Shown: piece by piece, positions 34,650 to 41,615 of the stretch
Layout: each line of letters begins with the position of its first letter
Position numbering within the stretch: the stretch's first letter is position 1
DNA from: a virus
DNA: 43,036 nucleotides
Direction: 5' to 3' (one strand)
IMG/VR virus record: IMGVR_UViG_3300018476_000007
Span: 1-43,036 of that record
Program-made: the position numbers and the translations under genes
Notes under the pieces: generated by a model
What the model was told of the DNA's origin: nothing
Databases searched by the model: none
What the model saw: only the letters and a program-made list of their open reading frames with translations

Positions 34650-35237
34650 ATGACGACTAAGATGCGACGTTTGGTTGACAAGCAGTTGGCGGTTGAGGAA
34701 ACTTCGGGCGATGCGAACTTTGTAAAGGATACGCCTTTCGGTTCGATTCGTCGTGGCACCTTCTCTATTACCGTATCGGACGAGAATAAGAAGGAACTTT
34801 ACAGCAATAAGGCTGAAGCTTATGAGTTTGATGTTGTAAACTCTTTGGCTAATGTCCTTCGGCATGCTGGCGCTAAGTTGCCGGATGCTGCAATTGGTGG
34901 ATTGGGTAAAGTTCTTACCGCTGACAATCCTGCCGACCAGACTACGATTAATGAGGCAACTCAGGAAATCGTTAAGACTTATAATAACAAGCTGAAGGCT
35001 GACGCTAAGTCGTCTGCTTATCAGGCTCTTGTTAATAAGTATAAGCCTCTTGAGGGTGAGAAGAAGGAATCGGCACAGGCTCGACTTGTTGCTAATTTCA
35101 TCAAGCTTGCTGGTGTTAGCAAGGAGACTGCTATTACTCAGCTTAAGGCTGCAATGGCTCTTCCTGCGGAGTATACGGTTGCTGATTTTGATAGCACACC
35201 GCTCCGTCGGACTAAGGGGGATGATAGCGAGGAATAA
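34650..35237 (+). CDS. Early protein (195 aa), unknown function, atypical codon usage
   Basis: GAGGGA SD. Ala/Lys-rich with an acidic tail (GDDSEE). It uses CGN Arg, GCT Ala and CTT Leu codons, unlike the AGA/AGG/ATA-rich remainder of the genome. The antisense 220-aa ORF is Leu/Ser/Arg-rich and is judged spurious. Confidence 0.75.
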   Translation: MTTKMRRLVDKQLAVEETSGDANFVKDTPFGSIRRGTFSITVSDENKKELYSNKAEAYEFDVVNSLANVLRHAGAKLPDAAIGGLGKVLTADNPADQTTINEATQEIVKTYNNKLKADAKSSAYQALVNKYKPLEGEKKESAQARLVANFIKLAGVSKETAITQLKAAMALPAEYTVADFDSTPLRRTKGDDSEE

Positions 35238-35296
35238 TATTCTAAGGATTATCAACTGGTATAGGCCAGTATAAACAGGTCTTAAGCCTATAGCGT

Positions 35297-35339
35297 TTAG
35301 TTGGCTGGCTAGTTCGTATGTAATTAGTCAGTCAACTAA
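35297..35339 (+). other. Long intergenic RNA hairpin (11 bp + 6 bp, three G.U pairs valid only on the + strand)
   Basis: UUAGUUGGCUG-g-CUAGUU-cguaugu-AAUUAG-u-CAGUCAACUAA. It ends 46 nt before the ATG at 35386. Confidence 0.5.
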
Positions 35340-35385
35340 GGTGACTTTCAATCAAGAAGGTCCAATCCCTTATAATGGGAGGTAT

Positions 35386-35562
35386 ATGAAGTCTCTATTC
35401 CTCATTCAGCACGCACAGAATGGATACGTTCATTGCGTATTCAGCAATCTTCGTGCTGCCCAACATTTCCTCGACAGACTCAATAGCGTTAGTTCTACAC
35501 CTAACGTCTATCAGATTGTCGAGCGCTACCTTTACGATAACATTAGTGAGATTGGGGGCTAG
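35386..35562 (+). CDS. Small early protein (58 aa; the track lists a longer GTG start at 35341)
   Basis: GGGAGG SD 4 nt before the ATG at 35386. The GTG at 35341 directly abuts the upstream hairpin. Confidence 0.6.
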   Translation: MKSLFLIQHAQNGYVHCVFSNLRAAQHFLDRLNSVSSTPNVYQIVERYLYDNISEIGG

Positions 35563-35565
35563 TCT

Positions 35566-35727
35566 ATGAAGGCTATGCCTGCAATAGTCACTTGGGCTGA
35601 TGGGACTGAGACTATTATTACAGTAGTTAGGTTCCAAAAGATTGACAGCCAATGGTATCAAGTCCAATTCGAGGATGGTTCCTACGATTATGTTGGACTG
35701 GCTACTAACATGCGTTGGAAGTATTAA
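35566..35727 (+). CDS. Small early protein (53 aa), below the track cutoff
   Basis: MKAMPAIVTWADGTETIITVVRFQKIDSQWYQVQFEDGSYDYVGLATNMRWKY. GGGGG SD 7 nt upstream. Confidence 0.55.
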   Translation: MKAMPAIVTWADGTETIITVVRFQKIDSQWYQVQFEDGSYDYVGLATNMRWKY

Positions 35728-35737
35728 GGAGGCTAAT

Positions 35738-35902
35738 ATGCCATTTAGAGTCATAGTCTATTCGCTGTGGCTGCATGACGGATATTGTCAAATTGCAGAC
35801 ATTCTTACTGTAATGACAATCTATGCACTCACTCCTGAACTTGCATTGCAGAAGGCTCAGGCAATTACAGACCTTCATTGTGAATTAGAGGTAATCAAGT
35901 GA
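35738..35902 (+). CDS. Small early protein (54 aa; internal start of the listed 35642..35902 ORF)
   Basis: AAGGAGG SD 5 nt before the ATG at 35738. The upstream part of the listed ORF overlaps the previous gene. Confidence 0.6.
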   Translation: MPFRVIVYSLWLHDGYCQIADILTVMTIYALTPELALQKAQAITDLHCELEVIK

Positions 35903-36063
35903 TAATCAAATTCAAGCAATGCAAGGGGTGTAGGAAACAAGCAGCGCCATTGAGTAAGAAGTTTAATGGAGTCCTCCTTTGCTTTTCCTGTATTAGCAAG
36001 CTGAAGAAAATCACTGAGCAACTTTGCGAATTGCAGGAGAATAATGCAACTAAAGCATCTTAA
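35899..36063 (+). CDS. Small zinc-ribbon protein (54 aa), below the track cutoff
   Basis: The GTG overlaps the previous TGA (GTGA). Product IIKFKQCKGCRK...LLCFSCISK has two CxxC pairs. Confidence 0.5.
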   Translation: MIIKFKQCKGCRKQAAPLSKKFNGVLLCFSCISKLKKITEQLCELQENNATKAS

Positions 36064-36117
36064 GTAGTCTAAGCTTAAGATTCGACTTGATAAGAGGTAG
36101 AGAATCAGTCTTGATTC

Positions 36118-36170
36118 GGTCGAAAGACAGTCGAGAAACGGTCGAGAAATGGTTGAGCTTTGGTCGAATG
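36118..36170. repeat. Five tandem iterons, unit GGTCGAGAAAn, period exactly 11 bp
   Basis: GTCGA occurs at 36119, 36130, 36141 and 36163, with GTTGA at 36152. An inverted copy TCGAC lies at 36082-36086. The palindrome GAATCAgtctTGATTC lies at 36102-36117. Confidence 0.8.
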
Positions 36171-36212
36171 GAATCAGGGTTAACTCATTCAATCAAAAGC
36201 AGTTAAAGGAAA

Positions 36213-36426
36213 CCCCCTCCCTCTCCCCTAGCATACCCTCCCATACCCTCTAGTGTCCCCTATAGTGGTCACGGTGCTGTTGTTCTTATATTAGTAATAA
36301 TAAAAAATACTAAGAAGAATAACACTCTACCACAAGGAGTGTCCTCTAAAGGATACACTTGACAGGCTCCATAGGGGTGTGATACACTCCAAGGGGGAGA
36401 GGGGGAGGGGTATGCTAGAGGTATCG
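36213..36426. repeat. Imperfect inverted repeat with a C-run left arm and a G-run right arm, enclosing an AT-rich core and a promoter
   Basis: The left arm ccccctccctctcccctagcataccctcccataccctctag (36213-36253) is partly complementary to the right arm gggggagagggggaggggtatgctagaggtat (36393-36424). For example, ctagcataccctccc pairs with gggaggggtatgctag. An inner pair is cccctatagtgg with ccatagggg. The core 36281-36325 is A/T-rich. Confidence 0.65.
36359..36388 (+). promoter_or_regulatory. sigma70-type promoter TTGACA-N18-TACACT (extended TGA)
   Basis: cacTTGACAggctccataggggtgtgaTACACTcc. The octamer GATACACT occurs twice (36352-36359 and 36381-36388), flanking the -35 and overlapping the -10. 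Confidence 0.55.
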
Positions 36427-36789
36427 CGTAAAGCCTTTAAAATCAAGAGGATACAGCAATTACCGCCCGCTGATACCTCTACCAAAACTGAACCATTCCT
36501 CGACCGTCCCTCTACCGCGCCTGAACCGGCACTCGACCGAATTTATACTAACTTCAAGGGTGGGCTAATTCAATTACTTCTCCCAATTATAAAGGAAGGA
36601 AATGGAATAACAGCAGGTGAAATTAATAATGAATTAAGGAAAGTGATTAAGAGGAAGAAATTTTATAATCCTCCTGACTTAAGCACGACGGGATATATCA
36701 GCTCTCATCTAAAATTGTTAGTTGATAGAGGAATTCTTGTGAGAGTGAAAATTAATAAGGTCTATCACTATTATCTTAGGGTTGATTAA
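36412..36789 (+). CDS. Winged-helix DNA-binding protein (125 aa); candidate iteron-binding/initiator or regulator
   Basis: The ATG follows a G-rich SD, and the listed GTG at 36379 lies inside the promoter. The C-terminus (ITAGEINNELRK...HLKLLVDRGILVRVKINKVYHYYL) is wHTH-like. The coding sequence contains two inverted iteron copies, CTCGACCG at 36499 and 36532. Confidence 0.6.
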   Translation: MLEVSRKAFKIKRIQQLPPADTSTKTEPFLDRPSTAPEPALDRIYTNFKGGLIQLLLPIIKEGNGITAGEINNELRKVIKRKKFYNPPDLSTTGYISSHLKLLVDRGILVRVKINKVYHYYLRVD

Positions 36790-36795
36790 TTTAAT

Positions 36796-36865
36796 TAAGT
36801 CTATCAGTTATTTATCATGAGTTGGATAGTAATAGCATCCAACAGGTCACTGGCTGATAGACTTA
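36796..36865. other. Nested perfect inverted repeats (12 bp outer, 7 bp inner)
   Basis: taagtctatcag (36796-36807) pairs with ctgatagactta (36854-36865). gttggat (36821-36827) pairs with atccaac (36837-36843). Confidence 0.75.
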
Positions 36866-36913
36866 ATCAACCTCATCAACTTACTTTAACAGGCCTAATA
36901 GGAGGGCGCTTAT

Positions 36914-37093
36914 ATGGAACTATCAATGAATATCGTCAAGGTCGAAAAGTTCCCCAATCTATACGATGTTATGGAAGAGGGATTCAGTATTTTTCGAGGG
37001 ACTTATACTAACTGCCTAGTAGTAGTTGGTGGATTAACTCTCTACCCCGATAAGAAGATTGATGAAATCTTCAAGATGACTGAGACAGAGTAA
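36914..37093 (+). CDS. Small early protein (59 aa), below the track cutoff
   Basis: AGGAGG SD 8 nt upstream. Product MELSMNIVKVEKFPNLYDVMEEGFSIFRGTYTNCLVVVGGLTLYPDKKIDEIFKMTETE. TAATG overlap with the next gene. Confidence 0.6.
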   Translation: MELSMNIVKVEKFPNLYDVMEEGFSIFRGTYTNCLVVVGGLTLYPDKKIDEIFKMTETE

Positions 37094-37383
37094 TGCAAGA
37101 ATTTACTCCAAGAGAAAAGAAGCATCTTTACTTTGCAATTGCCAAGGTAATGAGCGTATTGAAACATCTGGATACGTTTACTCTTGAAGAACTCGAGAAT
37201 CACATCCGTAAGATAGACCAAATGGATGTGAACCATGTAGTTAAGGAACTACTAGCACTTGGAGTTCTTGAGAAAGATGAGACTGACCTTTATAGTTGGG
37301 TCGGAACAGACCATCTAGTTCGGGAAGTAAGTGTAACGGAAGTAAACATAGTAAAGAAGAAGCTCCTTAATGAGGAGAATTAA
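37093..37383 (+). CDS. Winged-helix-like DNA-binding protein (96 aa)
   Basis: LEELENHIRKIDQMDVNHVVKELLALGVLEKDETDLYSW. Confidence 0.55.
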   Translation: MQEFTPREKKHLYFAIAKVMSVLKHLDTFTLEELENHIRKIDQMDVNHVVKELLALGVLEKDETDLYSWVGTDHLVREVSVTEVNIVKKKLLNEEN

Positions 37384-38084
37384 TGAGCACCGCAACTGCA
37401 ACTGAGATTAAATTCTGCCAATCCTGTATTGAGAGAGGATTCAATCCTCCTAATCAAGCATCAAGGGAATGGCAGCCAGGAATTTATTACTGTGATGAAT
37501 GCTTCAATGCTATCATCAGTAACTTAACTAACATTCCTGAGAGTTCAGTAAGAGAGACACTATCAACTATTGAACCCGGTCCTATTCTTGACCAAGTTTA
37601 TAAGGCTCTCAATATTCCAGAAGCCCTACAGTATGATAAGATTGATGTCTTGCAGAGAAGCAGGGATAAGCTATTCAATCTCCATGCGCCAAGTGTAGTC
37701 AATAAATCAATCGAAGAACTACAAGCCGAGATAGAACAATTAGGAATGATTATCTTCCATTGTATCTATCGTAAGGAACCACTTGAACTTGAGGTTAATC
37801 GTCTTAAAGAAGCTCGGCGTAAGGAAAAGAATCTTATCAGCTACGACGACTCTAAAGAAGTCTATAGTAAAGTTAAGAAGCCATCTAATATTAAGGCCAC
37901 TCAAGAAGAGAAGATGGCTCGAACGCTTGGTATGTCATTAGAGCAATACAAAGCATTCGTAGCAAACAGTCAAGCTCAAGAGAAGCTTGCTAAGGAACGT
38001 AAGTTTAACATCCTAGCAGGTAATTGTCCAGCGTGCGGTGGACACTATCCCTGTGCGAATCATCCTAATGAGAAGTTGATATGA
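37383..38084 (+). CDS. Hypothetical protein with terminal Cys clusters (233 aa)
   Basis: N-terminus CQSC...CDEC. C-terminus CPACGGHYPCANH. The central part is coiled-coil-like. Confidence 0.7.
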   Translation: MSTATATEIKFCQSCIERGFNPPNQASREWQPGIYYCDECFNAIISNLTNIPESSVRETLSTIEPGPILDQVYKALNIPEALQYDKIDVLQRSRDKLFNLHAPSVVNKSIEELQAEIEQLGMIIFHCIYRKEPLELEVNRLKEARRKEKNLISYDDSKEVYSKVKKPSNIKATQEEKMARTLGMSLEQYKAFVANSQAQEKLAKERKFNILAGNCPACGGHYPCANHPNEKLI

Positions 38085-38254
38085 AAATAGTATTCAATGC
38101 ACTCCCCCTTAAGCAAGCCTTGGAGGGGAGTAAAGAAACTCAAGTAGTTATGATAGGAATTGATAAGAGTAAGCTTCCATATCCTAACTGTAAGGAGCCG
38201 GAGCGTTGTATTAAACTTAGCAACTGTCCAAGGGAATACTCTTGCAGTCACTAA
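38081..38254 (+). CDS. Small Cys-rich protein (57 aa), below the track cutoff
   Basis: ATGA overlap with the previous gene. Product MKIVFNALPLKQALEGSKETQVVMIGIDKSKLPYPNCKEPERCIKLSNCPREYSCSH. Confidence 0.5.
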   Translation: MKIVFNALPLKQALEGSKETQVVMIGIDKSKLPYPNCKEPERCIKLSNCPREYSCSH

Positions 38255-38352
38255 AGAATAATCAAGTGCCAAGACCAGAGATATTTTTGGTCGTGGTAAT
38301 CATAGTCTCCTTACTTGGAGTGATAGTTCTATATACTGTATATAGGTGAATA

Positions 38353-38583
38353 ATGAGTGTATATAGTGAGTTAATTAGAATTGGAATAAAGGAAGATGAA
38401 GCAGGTAAGATTGCAGAATCAACCTATGGTTATACCGACTTAGTTACTAAACAAGACTTGGCAATTGCAATTAAAGATGTAACGATTGCAATCAAGGAGC
38501 TTGAAGCTACTCTAGCATGGAGAGTTATTGCAGCTATGGTAGCATTGACTGGTATATTTGCAGCTATAGTTAAACTAACCTAA
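38353..38583 (+). CDS. Coiled-coil protein with a C-terminal TM anchor (76 aa; DUF1640-like pattern)
   Basis: TKQDLAIAIKDVTIAIKELEATLAWRVIAAMVALTGIFAAIVKL. Confidence 0.6.
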   Translation: MSVYSELIRIGIKEDEAGKIAESTYGYTDLVTKQDLAIAIKDVTIAIKELEATLAWRVIAAMVALTGIFAAIVKLT

Positions 38584-38600
38584 TCCCTAAAGAGGATAAT

Positions 38601-38834
38601 ATGGCAAAGACTAAGAGTCTATTAGAACAAGCTCTTGATATTGATGTAAAGCGAACCGTTGCAAGAGAAATGAATCATGAAGAGATTGAAGTTGCTCTTG
38701 CATGGTTAGCAGATGAAATTACCATAACCCAAGCGGCAAAGGTTATGGGATTCAAAGGAGCTAGTGCTTGTGTATCCCGTCTAATAATGCTAATTAGAGA
38801 AGCTTATAGAGCCGGACTACTTAAGCGAAAGTAA
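38601..38834 (+). CDS. Helix-turn-helix DNA-binding protein (77 aa)
   Basis: ITITQAAKVMGFKGASACVSRLIMLIREA. AGAGGA SD. Confidence 0.6.
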   Translation: MAKTKSLLEQALDIDVKRTVAREMNHEEIEVALAWLADEITITQAAKVMGFKGASACVSRLIMLIREAYRAGLLKRK

Positions 38835-38857
38835 ACCTCCTATAGAAGAGGGATAAG

Positions 38858-40876
38858 ATGGTAAGACAAATAGACGCACAAGATATGTGCGACATAGATC
38901 TCCGTAAATATGGACTATGGGAAAAGGGTTGGCGCACTAACTTTACTAAGGTAACAGGATACATTGCACTCTGTGACCATACTAACAAGCGTATCATTAT
39001 CAGCATTCCTCACCTTAATGCTAGGAGTGAGGCGGAATTGATGGATACTATTCGTCATGAGATTGCTCATGCATTGGTTGGTCATGGGCATGGACATAAT
39101 GCAATCTGGCAGGCTAAAGCTATTGAGCTTGGAGCTAAGCCAGTTCACTGTGCGCCTAGTAATGTTAATGCAGGACAAGCTCTTAATGTAGTTGAGACTA
39201 AGCCGGAGAAAAAGATTAAGGCTCTCAATAATTATTGTCCGGTCTGCTTTGCAGTTGCAGTAACTAAGAGTCAGATTACTAAGAAGGATATCATTACTGG
39301 GTATCCTAAGATTCTAATGACTCTTGAGTGTGGACATACAATTGAGAAGGATCAAATCAAGTCCGCGCTCGATGATATCAAAGTATGGACTAGCACCACA
39401 GGTAAGCAAGTATTTCCTTATCAAGTGGATGGTATTAAGTTCATTGCAGAAGCTAACGGGCGTTGTCTAATTGCAGATGAACCGGGATTAGGTAAAACTA
39501 TTCAAGCTCTGGGCGCGCTCAAGTTCTATCCTGAAATGCGTCCTGCACTGTGGGTATGCAAGACTACACTTAGACTCCAAGCTTTGAAAGAAGCTATTGA
39601 TTGGTGTGGTCCTGAGATGATGGGACAGATTATTGAGCATGGTAAGATGTTTATCATGCCCAATCTGAATCTTTACATTGTCTCTATGGATTTGCTGAGG
39701 AATATTCCTACTGAAAAGTTGGAAGAGATTCCTTATAAGACTATCATTGCAGATGAGATTCAGCACTTCAAGAATCCAGACAGTTCTAGGACCGCAGAAC
39801 TTAGGAAGCTTGTTAGTCGAGCGGAATACTTTATCCCCCTATCAGGAACACCTTGGAAGAATAGAGGTAGTGAATACTATCCAGTGCTTAACATGCTTAA
39901 GCCTGAGATGTTCCCAAGTCCTAAGCATTTCAAGAATGTTTGGGTTGACCAGTATCTTGATAAGGATACAGGCAAGTATCGAGAGGGTGGTATCCGTAAT
40001 ATCCCTGCGTTTAGAGAGAAGACTAAAGGCTTTATCATTAGGCGCATGAGGGATGATGTTCTTCCTGACCTACCTAAGATTAACAGGAAGATTCGTTTCG
40101 TAGATATGGATGCACTCTATCAGAAGTCATATGATAAGAGTGAGTCCAAGGTAGCTGAGATGATTAAAGCTGCAATGATTGACGGCAGACCTATGAAGGA
40201 TATTGCCGCTATGATTATGCAGCTTAAGCATATCACTGGTCTTGCTAAAGTTCGTGCTCTAGTTGATGATGCACAGGAATGGATTGAGAATGTTCCTGAT
40301 GAATTCGAGAAGCTTACAATCTTTCATCACCACATTGATGTTGGTAATAACATTCAGGATGGTAATGCTGGAGAGTATGAAGGACTTGATAATTGGCTAG
40401 TGAAGAATGGGTATAACAAATCCCTTAGACTTTTCGGAGGAAAGAGTGGAGAGGAAAGGGATAATGTTATCAACGAATTCAAGAAGGATAAGCGTAATAG
40501 GATTCTCATAGGCTCTACCTTAGCTAGTGGTGAAGGACTTAACATTCAGTTCTGTCAACATGCATTCATGCTAGAGAGACAGTGGAATCCACAGAATGAG
40601 GAACAAGCTGAGTTGAGATTCAGCAGACCTCTTACTAAGAATGACCTACCTGAATACTTGCATCCTATTGCAGAACGTCAGGTGAGTATTGATATTCCTT
40701 ACTTCATTGCAGCTGGAACGGTAGATGAAATTCTTACTAACATTGTGGAAAGGAAGAGACTAAACTTCCGGCGCTCGATGAATGTGAAGGATATTAATCT
40801 AACGTGGGACGAGAACGAAATTATCCGGGAAGTTAGTGAAGAGATTATCAAGCGCCGTTATAAGAAGACGGCTTAA
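38858..40876 (+). CDS. SprT-like zinc metalloprotease domain + zinc ribbon + SNF2-family helicase fusion (672 aa)
   Basis: HEIAHALVGHGHGHNAIW (HExxH, SprT-like). CPVC...ECGH. SNF2 motif I ADEPGLGKT, motif II ADEIQHFKN, motif III LSGTPWKN. C-terminal helicase motifs STLASGEGLNIQ and QAELRFSR. Confidence 0.8.
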   Translation: MVRQIDAQDMCDIDLRKYGLWEKGWRTNFTKVTGYIALCDHTNKRIIISIPHLNARSEAELMDTIRHEIAHALVGHGHGHNAIWQAKAIELGAKPVHCAPSNVNAGQALNVVETKPEKKIKALNNYCPVCFAVAVTKSQITKKDIITGYPKILMTLECGHTIEKDQIKSALDDIKVWTSTTGKQVFPYQVDGIKFIAEANGRCLIADEPGLGKTIQALGALKFYPEMRPALWVCKTTLRLQALKEAIDWCGPEMMGQIIEHGKMFIMPNLNLYIVSMDLLRNIPTEKLEEIPYKTIIADEIQHFKNPDSSRTAELRKLVSRAEYFIPLSGTPWKNRGSEYYPVLNMLKPEMFPSPKHFKNVWVDQYLDKDTGKYREGGIRNIPAFREKTKGFIIRRMRDDVLPDLPKINRKIRFVDMDALYQKSYDKSESKVAEMIKAAMIDGRPMKDIAAMIMQLKHITGLAKVRALVDDAQEWIENVPDEFEKLTIFHHHIDVGNNIQDGNAGEYEGLDNWLVKNGYNKSLRLFGGKSGEERDNVINEFKKDKRNRILIGSTLASGEGLNIQFCQHAFMLERQWNPQNEEQAELRFSRPLTKNDLPEYLHPIAERQVSIDIPYFIAAGTVDEILTNIVERKRLNFRRSMNVKDINLTWDENEIIREVSEEIIKRRYKKTA

Positions 40877-40885
40877 GGAATTAAT

Positions 40886-41110
40886 ATGTCTAACATATTT
40901 ACCAGGCTAAGGGTTCCAGTTAATCCATTACAACAGGGCAATCATGATATAGACGTTAAGGTATATGATGGTAAGCTAGCCGTTGTAAAATGTGTCTCGT
41001 GCAACAAAGAAAATAGAATTAAGATAAAGAAAGAAACTGTAAAACTCATAAATAAATTAGTTGCGGATTTCTATGCAGAGCACGTTTGTGCTGAAGGCCC
41101 TATACATTAG
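40886..41110 (+). CDS. Hypothetical protein (74 aa)
   Basis: AAGGAA SD. CVSC motif. Confidence 0.65.
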   Translation: MSNIFTRLRVPVNPLQQGNHDIDVKVYDGKLAVVKCVSCNKENRIKIKKETVKLINKLVADFYAEHVCAEGPIH

Positions 41111-41119
41111 GATTATAAG

Positions 41120-41359
41120 ATGGCAACTATTGATAGTAAGTATATTATAGATACTCTAATAGAGAACGATGGATATTATGAAGGTGACGAACGTATCTAT
41201 GCCATTGTTGAATACACGAATGCATATGGTAACACTACATATGGAGTAACGTGGCCGCGGGAGAATGGACGTAAGACTAGATACATGATTCATCAACCGC
41301 CGTATGTAAATAATCCCAAGGTTATTTGGTGCCAGGATAAATCCTTAGTAAAGGCATAA
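41120..41359 (+). CDS. Hypothetical protein (79 aa), tandem paralogue 1
   Basis: MATIDSKYIIDTLIE...YAIVEYTN...YGVTWP...RYMIHQPPYVNNPKVIWC. Confidence 0.7.
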   Translation: MATIDSKYIIDTLIENDGYYEGDERIYAIVEYTNAYGNTTYGVTWPRENGRKTRYMIHQPPYVNNPKVIWCQDKSLVKA

Positions 41360-41362
41360 ATT

Positions 41363-41614
41363 ATGGCAACTATCACTAGTAAGAAAGTCGTAGACGAACT
41401 GATTGATATGCTCAAGGCAGAAGAGAGATTTGAAATACACTCTCACGTATATGCTATCGTAGAATACAAGAGAGAATCGGGTCTAGTAGTATGGGGTATC
41501 ACATGGAATCATGACCCAGAGAAGCAACGTTTCATGACACATCAACCACCATCCATTAACCATCCAAAGGTTATATGGTGTAAGACAAAAGAATTGATTT
41601 ACCCAAGTAAGTAA
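41363..41614 (+). CDS. Hypothetical protein (83 aa), tandem paralogue 2
   Basis: MATITSKKVVDELID...YAIVEYKR...WGITWN...RFMTHQPPSINHPKVIWC. Confidence 0.7.
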   Translation: MATITSKKVVDELIDMLKAEERFEIHSHVYAIVEYKRESGLVVWGITWNHDPEKQRFMTHQPPSINHPKVIWCKTKELIYPSK

Positions 41615-41615
41615 C

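Noticed and set aside
34593-35255. 220-aa ORF on the - strand covering the whole 195-aa + strand gene
   Set aside because: Its product is Leu/Ser/Arg/Ile-rich low-complexity sequence, typical of the antisense frame of a GCN/AAG-rich gene. It has no SD and would be transcribed against the strongest + strand promoter. The + strand gene has a GAGGGA SD and protein-like composition.
36379-36411. N-terminal extensions of listed ORFs: GTG 36379, GTG 35341, and 35642 for the 35738 gene
   Set aside because: The extensions lie on a promoter -10 element, directly abut a hairpin, or overlap the preceding gene. In each case an internal ATG has a strong AGGAGG/GGGAGG site at the correct distance.
36817-37011. 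Listed 64-aa ORF (MSWIVIASNRS...)
   Set aside because: It has no SD and starts inside the nested inverted repeat. It also overlaps in another frame the 59-aa ORF 36914..37093, which has an AGGAGG SD and a TAATG junction with the next gene.
38266-38349. 27-aa hydrophobic mini-ORF (VPRPEIFLVVVIIVSLLGVIVLYTVYR) in the 98-nt gap before 38353
   Set aside because: It has a GTG start with no SD and is too short to support from sequence alone. A membrane micro-peptide remains possible but unsupported.
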